From positions 4,588,001 to 4,652,000 of the forward strand of contig CDPCPM010000103.1 of the NCBI GenBank assembly GCA_976551045.1: a DNA stretch of 64,000 nt, given 5' to 3'. The stretch comes from Glaucostegus cemiculus (lineage: Eukaryota). A program made the translations under genes and the position numbers. The notes under the pieces were generated by a model. The model did not search any database. It was not told the DNA's origin and saw nothing but the letters and a program-made list of their open reading frames with translations. Below are positions 1 through 10,580 of the stretch, piece by piece (position 1 is the stretch's first letter; every line of letters begins with the position of its first letter).

Positions 1-1558
1 AGATCCATAATAAATAGAATTCCATAGTTTGTGGCGACTAAATATTTAAAACGGCGTTTGTAAAACAAGGTTGCAAAGTTAGTAAATGTAGAACAGACTT
101 GAGAATAATCTTGCAACATTGGTAAATGCACCAGACAACCAAAGTATATTGATTTCTGTTATCATTTTAAGTATATCGCGATTTATCATTTTAGTTCTGT
201 CTATTACACAATATTTCTCTGTGCATCTCGGTATTATGTAATTGTATTCTGGCGTGTTACTGTGTAAGGAATGGGATACGAACGTTAGCGGTTTACATTT
301 TCTGCAATTAAGCGGCAAGTCTCCGAAACTTGGCTCCAGCAAAGTTTCCAGTCGTGAATGCACCAAGTTTTGTTATTGCCTTTTGCATTGGCTCGGACAT
401 CTGAAGTGATTTTGACCGGTGTGGCGCTGTTGTGCTTTTATAGATTTTTAAAAATAGACGATGTTGCTCCTGCAATTCCTTCACAACTTCAGAACTATTT
501 CGTTAACACGGGAACATACGGGTGTAAAAGTAAAATCGGAGGCGAGAATTCTTGATATCGGTCAGTGGTAGTTGAATGACTGGCTTTTGTCATCCTTGTC
601 TCTAACATCCTTTACTCCTAACTTTGACTGCGTTTCAATCCATCTGTTATTTCTTTTATTTATTGCTAAGAAGATATCCTGAATTGTTTGTTGGAGAAAC
701 TCTCCTTCAAAGAAAGACAATACATTAGTTGTTCCTAAAAGTTATATAGCTGAGGGTCCTGTTTACAGCCTTCAAAATGTGATAGAATTACGCAGGTTAG
801 GTTAAGAAATGTGCTAGAAGTCTTATTGGGATTCCTTTTGAGTCGAAAATGAATCATTTTATGTGCGGAAATGATTATTACTGTTAATGATGGACCATGT
901 GTAGAATCGGTGCTGAGCAGAATGCGAGAACACCATTTGCACAGGTGGGTATTTCGACACTTGGCTAGAACGAAGCCTCCAAACAGACAAACATTTTCTT
1001 CATTTCCCTATATACCATTTCACTTTTTGACATTTCCTTCTGCAGTCTCTGATCTTTCGCCTCTTGCTCAAATTGCGTTATTTAAGTAACCGATACGTTT
1101 TGCTTTTATTCAAAATTAATACCCTGCCATCGTTCTTCGAATTTGAAATGTTTGCTATTAACATATCTACGATTTTTTTTAAATGTAGGACTATTACAAT
1201 CTTGTTTAGTGCCCGGAAATATGCGGGCCTATTTGCTTTAGTTATTTAATAAATAAGGACTCTACAAATGAGAACCATAAAAAGAAACACGATAATGGGA
1301 TAGCAAAATGAGAAATGGTCAGTCCTACAGTACTTAATCAACTTAAGATTGTTGTTATTGCCCTATTAAGTGGAACTAATTTATTCTTGGCCTAAATTTG
1401 AGGTGTATTTGTTCTCCGTTTGTGCTGGGACTGCTATTCTTTTATCTTTAGTGTTTCTTTCAACTTCAAAGCACGTAAATTGTATCCTAGGGCACAGGTT
1501 ACTGATAAAACTCATTTTAATAGAGTGGTGTTATTCCAATCGGCTTCGTTTTTCTTCT

Positions 1559-1620
1559 TATCTATCTGTCTATCTATCTACGTCTATCTGTCTATCTATC
1601 TATCTGTCTATCTATCTATC
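1559..1620. repeat. (TATC/TGTC)n microsatellite
   Basis: tatctatctgtctatctatcta... seen directly. Confidence 0.95.
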
Positions 1621-2449
1621 CGTGTATATCTGGCTGTGTATCTGTCAATGTATCAGCGTGTCTGTTTGTTTCTTACTTTGCCTAACAACTGATTTACTGC
1701 GATGTAACTTTTTTGAATCGCCATCATTGTATATGTCGGTTAATACTGTTTGTCGCTGGAGTTAGCCCTCTCTTTTGCCGATCTTAAATGCGGTTCTCTT
1801 ACCTTGTGTTGTGTAGTTCCATGTGTATCTATGAATTCTTCATACTCTGGTTCATCACAGGTTGTTCTCTGGCTCTATGACAGTTGTAGCCAGATTTGGT
1901 TTTTTTCTGCGCCAGCTATCCTGAATTATTCTACTTAATGCTTTCTCGCCATGTCATTCCTGCTAATGCAGCTCTGGTTTATTCTTATCGAGATTCCTTG
2001 ATCTTGCTGGTTCAGCTCAGAATCACTAACCTGATTGCTCCCTCTGTTCTCTTGGTTAATGCCTTCACGATTATTCTCTCTCCCTCCTACCCTCCCCTCC
2101 CCTGCTTTATTTCCTCTTTCCATTACACATTCTAAATTGTCCTTGTTTTCCGTCTGTCTTCCTGACTTAACCCCGAAATTTTCTTTAATCTGTCCTGTTT
2201 TAGTTATATTTATTTCAATCCTAGACTATTTACGATGGCTCTGTTATTTGTCATGTTATTCTGGCTGGCTGGCTAATGCGGGTACGTTCAGTGTGCAATC
2301 TTTATTACTTTCTTTCGCTTGGGATTGTCGCTCCCATTGCTTGAATTTTTTTTATGTTCTTGCTTTGGGTTACTTCTCCTTGTTTTCCCTCTTGGAGTAG
2401 GGCTTCTCTCTTCCTGCTGCGTGTTATTTTCTCCCTGGTTCTGCTGAGA

Positions 2450-2660
2450 TGTGTCAATCATTCTCCCTTTGCTATTGGCTGCGGAGTTTGCGTCAAAAAG
2501 TTACCAGAGAGGCGCTTTCTCAGCAAGTCTCAGAGAAAGGAGAGAGAGAGAGACCAGTACAACTCAGCAATCTCAACCATTTTTCACTCTCAAACAACAC
2601 ATACCGACTTTAAACAGGTCCATCTTCTTTAAATCCAAATATTATCTTAGCTGGTATTGA
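2450..2660 (+). promoter_or_regulatory. Candidate distal otx2 promoter / non-coding first exon
   Basis: Inverted CCAAT (ATTGG ~2474) and a (GA)n tract at 2530-2552 after a long pyrimidine-rich stretch. Vertebrate Otx2 is known to use alternative upstream promoters. Confidence 0.35.
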
Positions 2661-4964
2661 ATCAATTTCATGCGAAAATATTTTCTGAATCGATAATCTG
2701 AAGACTTCTAACCTATTTCTTTTATTTTTGCTTTCAGGGACAAAGGCCGTCAGGAACGTGGACGCCTGGATTTTGGGGTGTTTTACATCGAACTGAGCCC
2801 CGTAAAACAGGTGACTTTTTTGACAAATTGCGCTTCCTTGTTGATTCAGAACCGAGGATAATAATTTTCTACCGAAGTGGAGATTTGGTGCCGAGTATTG
2901 CGCAGAACGTTTCATAGAGGGGGAGAAAGCTGCGAGTATACCCAACCTGGAATGAAAACCGTTTGATATTGTTATGCGTGCATGAGAACACTTTTCGCTG
3001 ATTCCAAATCTTGATAAGTCTTCCGTTCCTTTTTTTCATCCAAAATGGTTGTCACTGGTCTGGAATTTTTTAGTGTTTGTTTTCTCTTATGCTTTTAGTT
3101 TTGGGGGTTTTGTGTATGTGTGTGTGTGTGGGGGGGGGTATGTGTTGTTGGCGGCGGTGGTGGGGGCGGCTGACAGAATTCGTAGCTTAACATATTCAAG
3201 TTGGGCAAAGCTTTCGCTGTTTTTCGAGTTGTCTGGAAGCTTGATAGAGCTTCGAAGAAATATGTTGCAATTATCGGTTTCTCCGTTCCTGTGTGAATTG
3301 AGCCAGAACTCTTTCATTTTCGGCTTGCTGTTAAATCCCAGTAAATTTCCCCTTCCCAATGAATGTTCAAACATAGGGATAATTGAGGAGGCGTGGATTT
3401 CTCTAGTTTTCCCTCACCCCACCCCCTTCATTTCGTTGATCAGTCCTTGCAATCACAACCTCATCTGGGGAGCGCTGGGCTGCAGATGTTTAGTGTCAAA
3501 GATTTATCAGTTCAAATAAACTGGGATGAAATCGATCGCTTCCCAATTATTGATCAACAGCTTTTCTAGTAGAGGGACAATTCAATAGTCCGTAGAGTCT
3601 TTGCTAGACAGAAGCTAGACTATTTCCTGCTCCTCTTCCAAACGATTTTTAAAAGAAGTGAGAATATATTCATACAAAACGTGTTCAAACTTAGGATGAT
3701 TAAAAAAAAGCAGGACCTTAACATTAGAATTTCTAACAACATTTCTAGCCAAACAGTAGAGGATTCAGTACATATGCAAAATACAAGAGCTTTCTTGCTC
3801 TCCTTAGTTGTGGAGACACTTGAACGTTGTAGACAAAAAGTTTAGTCGACGCTATCCTTTTTACTGAAAACATGCGTATTTACAACAAAATATTTTAAGT
3901 TAAAGTTTCCCCATTTAAAGAAACTAGGTTTGAATTAGAATGGAATATTTTCTTGGATTAAAATGAAGGTTTTGAAACTAAAAGCGAGCATTAGCTACAA
4001 AGTTTAAACGTCTACTGGATAACTAATCGGCGTGGCTATTTATGTGGTTCGTCTTTTATTTCGGACAACATTTAACAGTCTGAATTTTAAAACAATATAT
4101 ATATTTTAAAATTAACATATGCTCTCAGTCTTAATCTCATTTGAGATTACTTTTGTGTTACGACATTTTAAGCATTTCTCAATAGCTATTTGGCTAGTTG
4201 TTGGTGTTGAAGTTTAAATAGTTGAATCTGTTATATCACATTTTTAGAATAAATACTAAACGACGTAAACGCTGTATTCCAAACCCTTATCACAGAGATC
4301 CTCTAAAAATACGTTTAAAATTATCAAGTGAGAACATGTGTCGGAAGTCTGTAAAATTAGCATCGGCCTCCTGGTATAAATAAAACTGGAGTTGAGCAAG
4401 ACGCAGTTCACCCAATGTATGTGATTTACGAGGTACCTCACACCTCAGTCGCTCGCCCTGGCTGTAAAACTCAAATTCGAAGGAAGTGCAGGTCTCAGAT
4501 GAAGCTCAGAAATTCAGAGGCACGTGCAAGCAAAGGCAGCGCACGTGTGCAGCTCACTTTAAAGAAGAATTTTAAGAACAATTGCCAACAGCAGTAATAA
4601 TATATCGAATATTAACAGTTTCGCTTCGTACATAACAGGCAGCAGTAAGGGAAATTAGGTGTGATATAAGATAAACAACTTACCAGTCATTTTCAAAATA
4701 AACTCCTTTATTTTGTAGTTGAGCAGCAACCTTTGCATGCAGCATATAAAGCCAGCTAGTAAAGTGTATGTCCGTTGTTTGGATAAGTCTCACGAGTCTG
4801 GAAGTTACAAGGCCGAACCCTATACGGGGTTAATGATGTTTCTTTTAATAAACACAGTTCGACTCTATAGCTTTGTTTCATTTCCGTCAAGCATAAAATT
4901 AATCAGAACAAATGCAGCAGGGATGGGGGAGAGAAAGCGTTCTTCGCCATCCCAGTTTTTGCAG

Positions 4965-5320
4965 CGTCCTGTAATTAAGGAACGTGTGCCACCCGGATAA
5001 TCTCGTTAATTTATCAAGAAAACATTTATTATAATTAATTCTCGGCCGCATGCTCGGCGGGTAATTACGATCGACCGAATGCCGAGCAACTGGTAGATAG
5101 GATTCTTGCAAAAAGTGACAGATTGTGCTGGGAAGCCGACAGATTCGGGCAGCTCTCTATAAAACTGGCCGCACTTCCCGATGAGCAGCCAAGAGAACCG
5201 ATTTCCCTTTAGCGCTAGCCTTGCAGGTAGAGTCAGGGCGATCGGCTGGAGAAGGGAGGTGCAACTTGCAATCAATTTCACCCCACTGACTGTTGGAGTG
5301 AAGTTTATTTTAGGTAAGAA
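4965..5320 (+). promoter_or_regulatory. Homeodomain-site cluster plus TATA box: candidate intermediate promoter and 5' exon
   Basis: TAATTA 4972, TAATCT 4998, TAATTAATT 5032, TAATTA 5062, TATAAAA 5158-5164, strong donor AG|GTAAGA at 5313/5314; CpG-rich. Confidence 0.45.
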
Positions 5321-6289
5321 CTTATACTTGAAATTGAAGTGGCTTTCTGCATGTTTATCTTTGTTTAACTGTAGAAAATAGTGAATAGTTCAATATGTGG
5401 TGTTGTCATGGCTCAGGATAGCGGGCAGGAGTGTCGGACTGCGACAAGGATACCTTGCTAAATGCAACGCGGGGACAGCGATGTTCACTCACTGGTTGCG
5501 GCGCCACGTACCTTTTAATGAAGGGCTGGTCCGGTGATTTATTTTAGCTCTTTTCTGCTATATTTAACAAGTCATTTTTTTAAGGTTGACCGTCTTGTGT
5601 TGGCCAAAGTTTGTCATTGTAAACCCTACTTCCGCCATTTTGAAGGTGTGCACATTCCTGTTAAACAGCGCTTTGTAAAGTGAGATGTGAATCACAAATA
5701 TTACACAATCGCTTTGTTTTAAACTTAGTATTAATATTTTCAATATTGTTGCCACGCAGGGGTTTATCTGTTATTCCTTGGGTATGTAATCAGGTGACAA
5801 TATGTGACTTCCGCGGCCAAACAATGTGCAGTGACAATGTGCAAAGTTGTACAATCAACAAGGGAACCTGGCTCTTGTTTGTGTAATCTGCGCTCTAAGC
5901 TCTTTATTAAATAATGTTGGATTTTACATTCAGCTGCGATACAATTAGGCGCAAATGGTTTGCCTTCTCAATGTTTTTTTTCTGATATGCGAATTGATTC
6001 CTTGTTTGCTTTGCCTTATTGGCTCTGGCACACGTAGTTTCAACAGGCACAGAGGTACCATATTCTTTACCCCAAAATATAGATACCCGAGTAACCTATT
6101 CGATAGAAGCTGGCATTGTGTTTCATGAAATGTTGTCCTCCTGCTCAAAAGTGAACGGGTCCATTCTTGTTTATAAACAAAATCAACCCTCATTTGTAAA
6201 ACGTGTAATATAAAACTACAAACTTCATTAGTCTTCGAGCTGTAAATTATGCACAGTATCTTTTTTCGCAGTGTGCCTTTGTTTTTTCT

Positions 6290-6470
6290 CTCTCCATTGT
6301 TGCCAACAGTTTGCCGATTTTACTCTCTCTCTCCCCAGGCCTGCAAACCCATTGTCTTTGCAAATGGTCCCAATCAAGTTTTGTTTGAGCCAATTAGCGT
6401 GATAACAGATTGATGCTAACGAATGGGATCTATGCAAATTGCAATGCTAACAATGTGATGTGTGCATTTG
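6290..6470. promoter_or_regulatory. Sox/POU motif cluster upstream of the first coding exon
   Basis: CATTGTC-TTTGCAAAT 6350-6365, ATGCAAAT 6432-6439, AACAATG 6449-6455, CCAATTAG ~6390. Confidence 0.45.
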
Positions 6471-6475
6471 AATTA

Positions 6476-6477
<2 letters not shown>

Positions 6478-6507
<30 letters not shown>
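6478..6507. repeat. (TG)n microsatellite
   Basis: About 15 TG units, seen directly. Confidence 0.95.
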
Positions 6508-6508
<1 letters not shown>

Positions 6509-6715
6509 AAGGCGTGCTAGAAGAATGGGTGTACCACGTTTTTGGGACATATTTATCCGGTCAGCATCCCTTGGTTCAAGAGGCAGCTGGGGGTCCCCGG
6601 ATGCTTTAAAGGGACAGGCTGGGATCTATAGAGGGATCAGATACTTTGAGTGATCAGAGATACAACAGCTCTTCTGGATCCCTCCTCTTACCACGCTTTT
6701 TCACTCTGTGTGTAG

Positions 6716-6821
6716 ATTTAAACCAAGGCCTTACTGCAAAGTCACCAGAGGATCGCAGCAAACCAGATTCCGCAATTTTTTACTTATTTATCGTAAATTT
6801 GCTATTCGGACCAACTTTAGC
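6716..6821 (+). other. otx2: 5'UTR part of the first coding exon of otx2
   Basis: Pyrimidine tract 6670-6710 ending tgtgtAG at 6714-6715. The context CCAACTTTAGCATGATG resembles the start context of other vertebrate Otx2 genes as recalled. Confidence 0.6.
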
Positions 6822-6918
6822 ATGATGTCGTATCTCAAGCAACCTCCATACACAGTGAATGGGCTGAGCCTCACTACATCGGGTATGGATCTGCTTCACC
6901 CTTCAGTCGGATATCCCT
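6822..6918 (+). CDS. otx2: Otx2 homeobox transcription factor, coding exon 1
   Basis: ATG at 6822 gives [32 protein letters not shown] plus 1 nt (97 bp), then donor GTGAGT at 6919. The N-terminus is diagnostic of Otx2. Confidence 0.97.
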
Positions 6919-7363
6919 GTGAGTATCGTTTTACTTTTAGCTTCAGTCTCTGAAAACAAACTTCAAGACTTGGCAAGACTTCACCTTGCCATAAAACGTC
7001 AAACAAAACTGACGACTCTTTCAGTAAAGTATACCGGCGTGTTGCTTAACTGAGATTTATTGATGCAGTGCTGAGAAGCAAACACGTTCTCACAAGCCAT
7101 TTTCTTGAAAACAATGTTTCGCCACAGCATAAAACTTTGTGCGAGATTGCACTGCCATTGTGAAACTTTCCCGCGTTCTAACTGGCCGGATCCTTCCTTC
7201 AGCCGCAAACATTTAAGCGAGAATGGCGTTAGTTATAGAAAAGAAATGAAGTATAAAGCGTTTTGCCTGCAGAGTGTGGGGGGTGGCGGGGGGGCGGATT
7301 GTCCCCTGAGCTTACTGCTAAGTTCCCAGTACTAGAAGCTTTGGCTTGTTTTTATTTTTGAAG

Positions 7364-7515
7364 CTACTCCGCGGAAGCAGCGGCGAGAGAGAACCACATT
7401 TACACGGGCGCAGCTGGATGTCTTGGAAGCGCTTTTCGCCAAGACTCGCTATCCGGATATCTTCATGAGGGAAGAGGTGGCCCTGAAAATCAACTTGCCC
7501 GAATCCAGAGTGCAG
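7364..7515 (+). CDS. otx2: Otx2 coding exon 2 (homeodomain N-terminal part)
   Basis: T-rich acceptor ...tttttgaag|CT. 152 bp encoding (S)[50 protein letters not shown]. Donor CAG|GTGAGC; phases join correctly. Confidence 0.97.
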
Positions 7516-8152
7516 GTGAGCATCAAGCGACAAATGCACTGCTTCCACCCCCAGAAACACGTCCAGTGCTCCTGTATCGACGTGAATCGGTTTCACTGGG
7601 GAGGCAATTCCAAACGGGATCAGATTGAAGCAGGGTCAGCGGCTGTGCCGGGGACTGGCCGCAGCTCACCGCGAACCGCCTGCTGGCACCTCGCACTGTT
7701 CTTTTCTGAAAGGGATTGATGATGAACGGCCGTAAACTCGGCCAGATAATTTTAAAAGACGAATGTTGTGTTGCGAGATTTCAACCTGTAAATTTAATCA
7801 TTCAGGGTAAAGTTATACAGGAACATTTCCCCCTTTACGTAAGAAAAGGGAATCTGACTAAGAGTTCCAGGGGGAAAAAAAGTGATGTAAGAGATCCAAG
7901 GAAAAAAAAGCCTCATTATAGATTTTCGTTCTGAGGACTATGGTCAACAATATTGACAAGAAATATTGTTTATCGGGAGAACTGGTTCCCGATCCTCAGT
8001 GCAGACACAATCATGGGTATTTTTAATAGAATGTATGTAAAATACTGCAGTCATTTGAAATCTCGTTTATCCTACGTTACTCCATTAACTTTACGTTTGT
8101 TTCAGTAAATAGTTTTTTTTGTTACGGTTGAACATATTTTCTTGTTTTTAAG

Positions 8153-8776
8153 GTGTGGTTCAAAAACCGTCGAGCGAAGTGCCGCCAACAACAGCAACAG
8201 CAGCAGAATGGAGGGCAGCATAAAGTTAGGCCAACGAAGAAGAAGAGCTCTCCTGCCCGGGAGCTGGGCTCGGAGAGCGTGGCCGGCGGCCAATTCACGC
8301 CGCCCTCCAGCACCTCGGTGACGGCCATATCGAGCAGCACCGCCCCAGTGTCAATTTGGAGCCCCGCGTCCATATCTCCGATCGCCCCCGATTGCCTCTC
8401 CACGTCCTCGTCCTGCATGCAGCGTTCCTATCCCATGACCTACACCCAGGCCTCGGGTTACACGCAGGGATATGCCGGATCCACGTCCTACTTTGGGGGA
8501 ATGGACTGCGGCTCGTACCTGTCCCCGATGCACCACCAGCTCCCCGCCCCAGGTACGGCGCTCAGTCCCATGGGCACAAACGCAGTCACTGCAGGCCATC
8601 TCAACCAGTCTCCGGCCTCCCTCTCTGCCCAAGGCTACCCAGCCGGCGGATTAGGTTTTAATTCCACCGATTGCTTGGATTATAAAGACCAGACAGCATC
8701 ATGGAAACTCAACTTCAACGCTGACTGCTTGGATTACAAAGATCAAACGTCCTCGTGGAAGTTCCAAGTTTTGTGA
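8153..8776 (+). CDS. otx2: Otx2 coding exon 3 (K50 recognition helix, polyQ, SIWSPA motif, duplicated OTX tail)
   Basis: Acceptor ...gtttttaag|[21 protein letters not shown]...SIWSPAS...[35 protein letters not shown]. Spliced CDS is 873 nt = 290 aa. Lacks the His-rich insertions of Otx1. Confidence 0.98.
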   Translation: MWFKNRRAKCRQQQQQQQNGGQHKVRPTKKKSSPARELGSESVAGGQFTPPSSTSVTAISSSTAPVSIWSPASISPIAPDCLSTSSSCMQRSYPMTYTQASGYTQGYAGSTSYFGGMDCGSYLSPMHHQLPAPGTALSPMGTNAVTAGHLNQSPASLSAQGYPAGGLGFNSTDCLDYKDQTASWKLNFNADCLDYKDQTSSWKFQVL

Positions 8777-9537
8777 AGTGCTGGGACTCTGTAACTGGAC
8801 AAGTCATTCCAATGTTAGATCTTCGGAATGGAGAGCGCGAAACGTCATCGTTCCAGTTCTTGTAGCCAACTCTGGAGGTTAAACACTTTGGAGTGGACAG
8901 GACAATATTTGTGATCATTCCAGTGTTAGCCGTTTTTTAGGTTGGCGTTTAAAAACATAAAGGACCATCAGGGCTGTGTGAATTGTGCGATTGGTTGTCA
9001 CAGATGCACTACTTTATTTAAAAAAAAATGTTTATTAGGGTTCCATATGTAGTCCTGAGAGACAATCAGTGTGCGTCTTATATCAGTGGTACATCTGTGT
9101 TTTTATTTGTGTTAGACTCAAAACAAGTATGATCTGCTGTACTGTATGCAAGTATGTGAACCGCTTGATGCTGTTGAACAAGAGAGGCGGGCTGGTGTTG
9201 GGGTGGGGGTGATGGTGGTGCTTCTGCTGTTCTAAAATGGAGCCAAATTCTGCTGGAAAAATTACCCGCCATTGTTTGAAACGAGCGCCTTCAAACATAA
9301 ACTGAACTGTGACTTCGTGATTCTGACTACAAACTTCACATGGACGCTAAAGCTCTGTCACACTGATGCCAATATCTTAAAATATGATCAGTTGTATTGA
9401 TCCCATTGAGGATCAGGTATTCAGAAATTAGCTCTATTGTTTGCAGATGTTAATAGAGTAATGTTATATATGCATAAACGTTAACCATACTGGAGTCGAC
9501 AGATTCGTATGGCTACATTAAAGTCATTCTAGCACAA
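8777..9537 (+). other. otx2: otx2 3'UTR
   Basis: Follows the stop codon, contains blocks resembling the mammalian Otx2 3'UTR (recalled, not aligned), and ends ATTAAA...TTCTAGCACAA followed by a T/GT-rich tract. Confidence 0.75.
9517..9522 (+). terminator. Polyadenylation signal ATTAAA (proximal)
   Basis: ATTAAA about 15 nt before CA dinucleotides, with downstream TTTTGATTTGTCTT. Confidence 0.65.
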
Positions 9538-10375
9538 TTTTGATTTGTCTTCCACGGTTCAATCTTAAACAATATCCGATAAAATAGAAATCATGCAGCT
9601 TGATAGCACTTACAATGAGTGTATACAAAACTGCGCGACTTCGAGTCTGCCATTAGGGTCCATTAGTTTACCAAATAATGTCTGTTCAGGTAATCTCACT
9701 CCTTTTTTCCTCTGCACTCTTCCATCCCCCGCAATACCCCACCCCCATATTCCCATCATAAAACATAAGGGTGAGAATGTGCTTTATAGCTTGCAGCCAG
9801 TCTGTTATATTGGAGTGGCGAAAATTTGCACTGTACCAGGTCTTTTTTTTTCATTTTTGTTTTCCATTTTAGAGGCACAGATATAAACTGTCTGTTTATA
9901 AGTTTTAAAACGAGAGGAAAACAAATTCTTGTAGCAAATGATGCACAGAGAATGCCTGAATTAGAGTGTGTATATATATTTGTATATGTTATACATACTC
10001 CAACCTGCAACTTCGGAAGCTAAACAGACGCTAGGCGCTTTACTTGTCTATTTTCCTTGAAAGTTCTGAAATTTTATCGATTTTTTATGTACAGGATACT
10101 TTTGTAATTAGTATTTCTTATTATGTAAAAAGGACGGGCTTTGATCTGGAAACCAGTCTCTACAACATACTTTCCTTTTTATTAGGTATTGTAAGTGTTT
10201 TCAATGTAAATGTAGGTAAGGTAAAATGATTCATAAATTGTGCTTTTTACAAGTGATTTTTTTTGTCCATTTCAGATATTTATTGTCCAACTAATTCATA
10301 TAAATATTCGGTTATGTACAGTGTTTATTTTATGATAGATAAAAAGGTCTTGTGAAATTTCGATCATTTCTTTAT

Positions 10376-10381
10376 AATAAA
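10376..10381 (+). terminator. Candidate distal polyadenylation signal AATAAA
   Basis: Canonical hexamer after ~350 bp of T-rich sequence with several TGTA motifs. Confidence 0.4.
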
Positions 10382-10516
10382 TATCACTTTTGCTGCTAAA
10401 CTGGTTAATAATAACTCCCCATGTCCATTCTCCGAGTAGATCCAGAAACTGTGTCCCAGCCATTATTTTGTTACTCTCCTGATTAAGGAGGGTTTATAGT
10501 GTGACCTCCGTGCGCT

Positions 10517-10580
10517 ATACTTCCTAACATGTAGAGACTTCCTAACATGTATACTTCCTAACAATACAGACTACTAACTT
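10517..10580. repeat. Short tandem repeat of ACTTCCTAACA(TGTA), 3 copies plus 1 degenerate
   Basis: Copies at 10519, 10537 and 10553. Confidence 0.85.

Noticed and set aside
1370-1765. 131-aa hydrophobic ORF
   Set aside because: Driven by the (TATC)n microsatellite (YLSIYLS repeats).
2501-2518. CTCF-like motif TTACCAGAGAGGCGCT
   Set aside because: Spacing does not fit the core consensus.
3049-3519. 156-aa ORF upstream of otx2
   Set aside because: Non-ATG start, includes (TG)n and poly-G low complexity, and has no domain similarity.
6708-6821. Open frame continuous with the Otx2 ATG (possible N-terminal extension)
   Set aside because: No upstream ATG in the exon. The candidate upstream ATG at 5181 would splice out of frame, and ~35 stop-free codons can occur by chance.
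8351-8661. Alternative-frame and antisense ORFs overlapping otx2 exon 3
   Set aside because: Expected by-product of GC-rich codon usage; no recognisable protein.
10517-10580. Short direct repeats superficially resembling a CRISPR array
   Set aside because: Spacers are only 1-3 nt, the context is eukaryotic, and it looks like simple slippage duplication.
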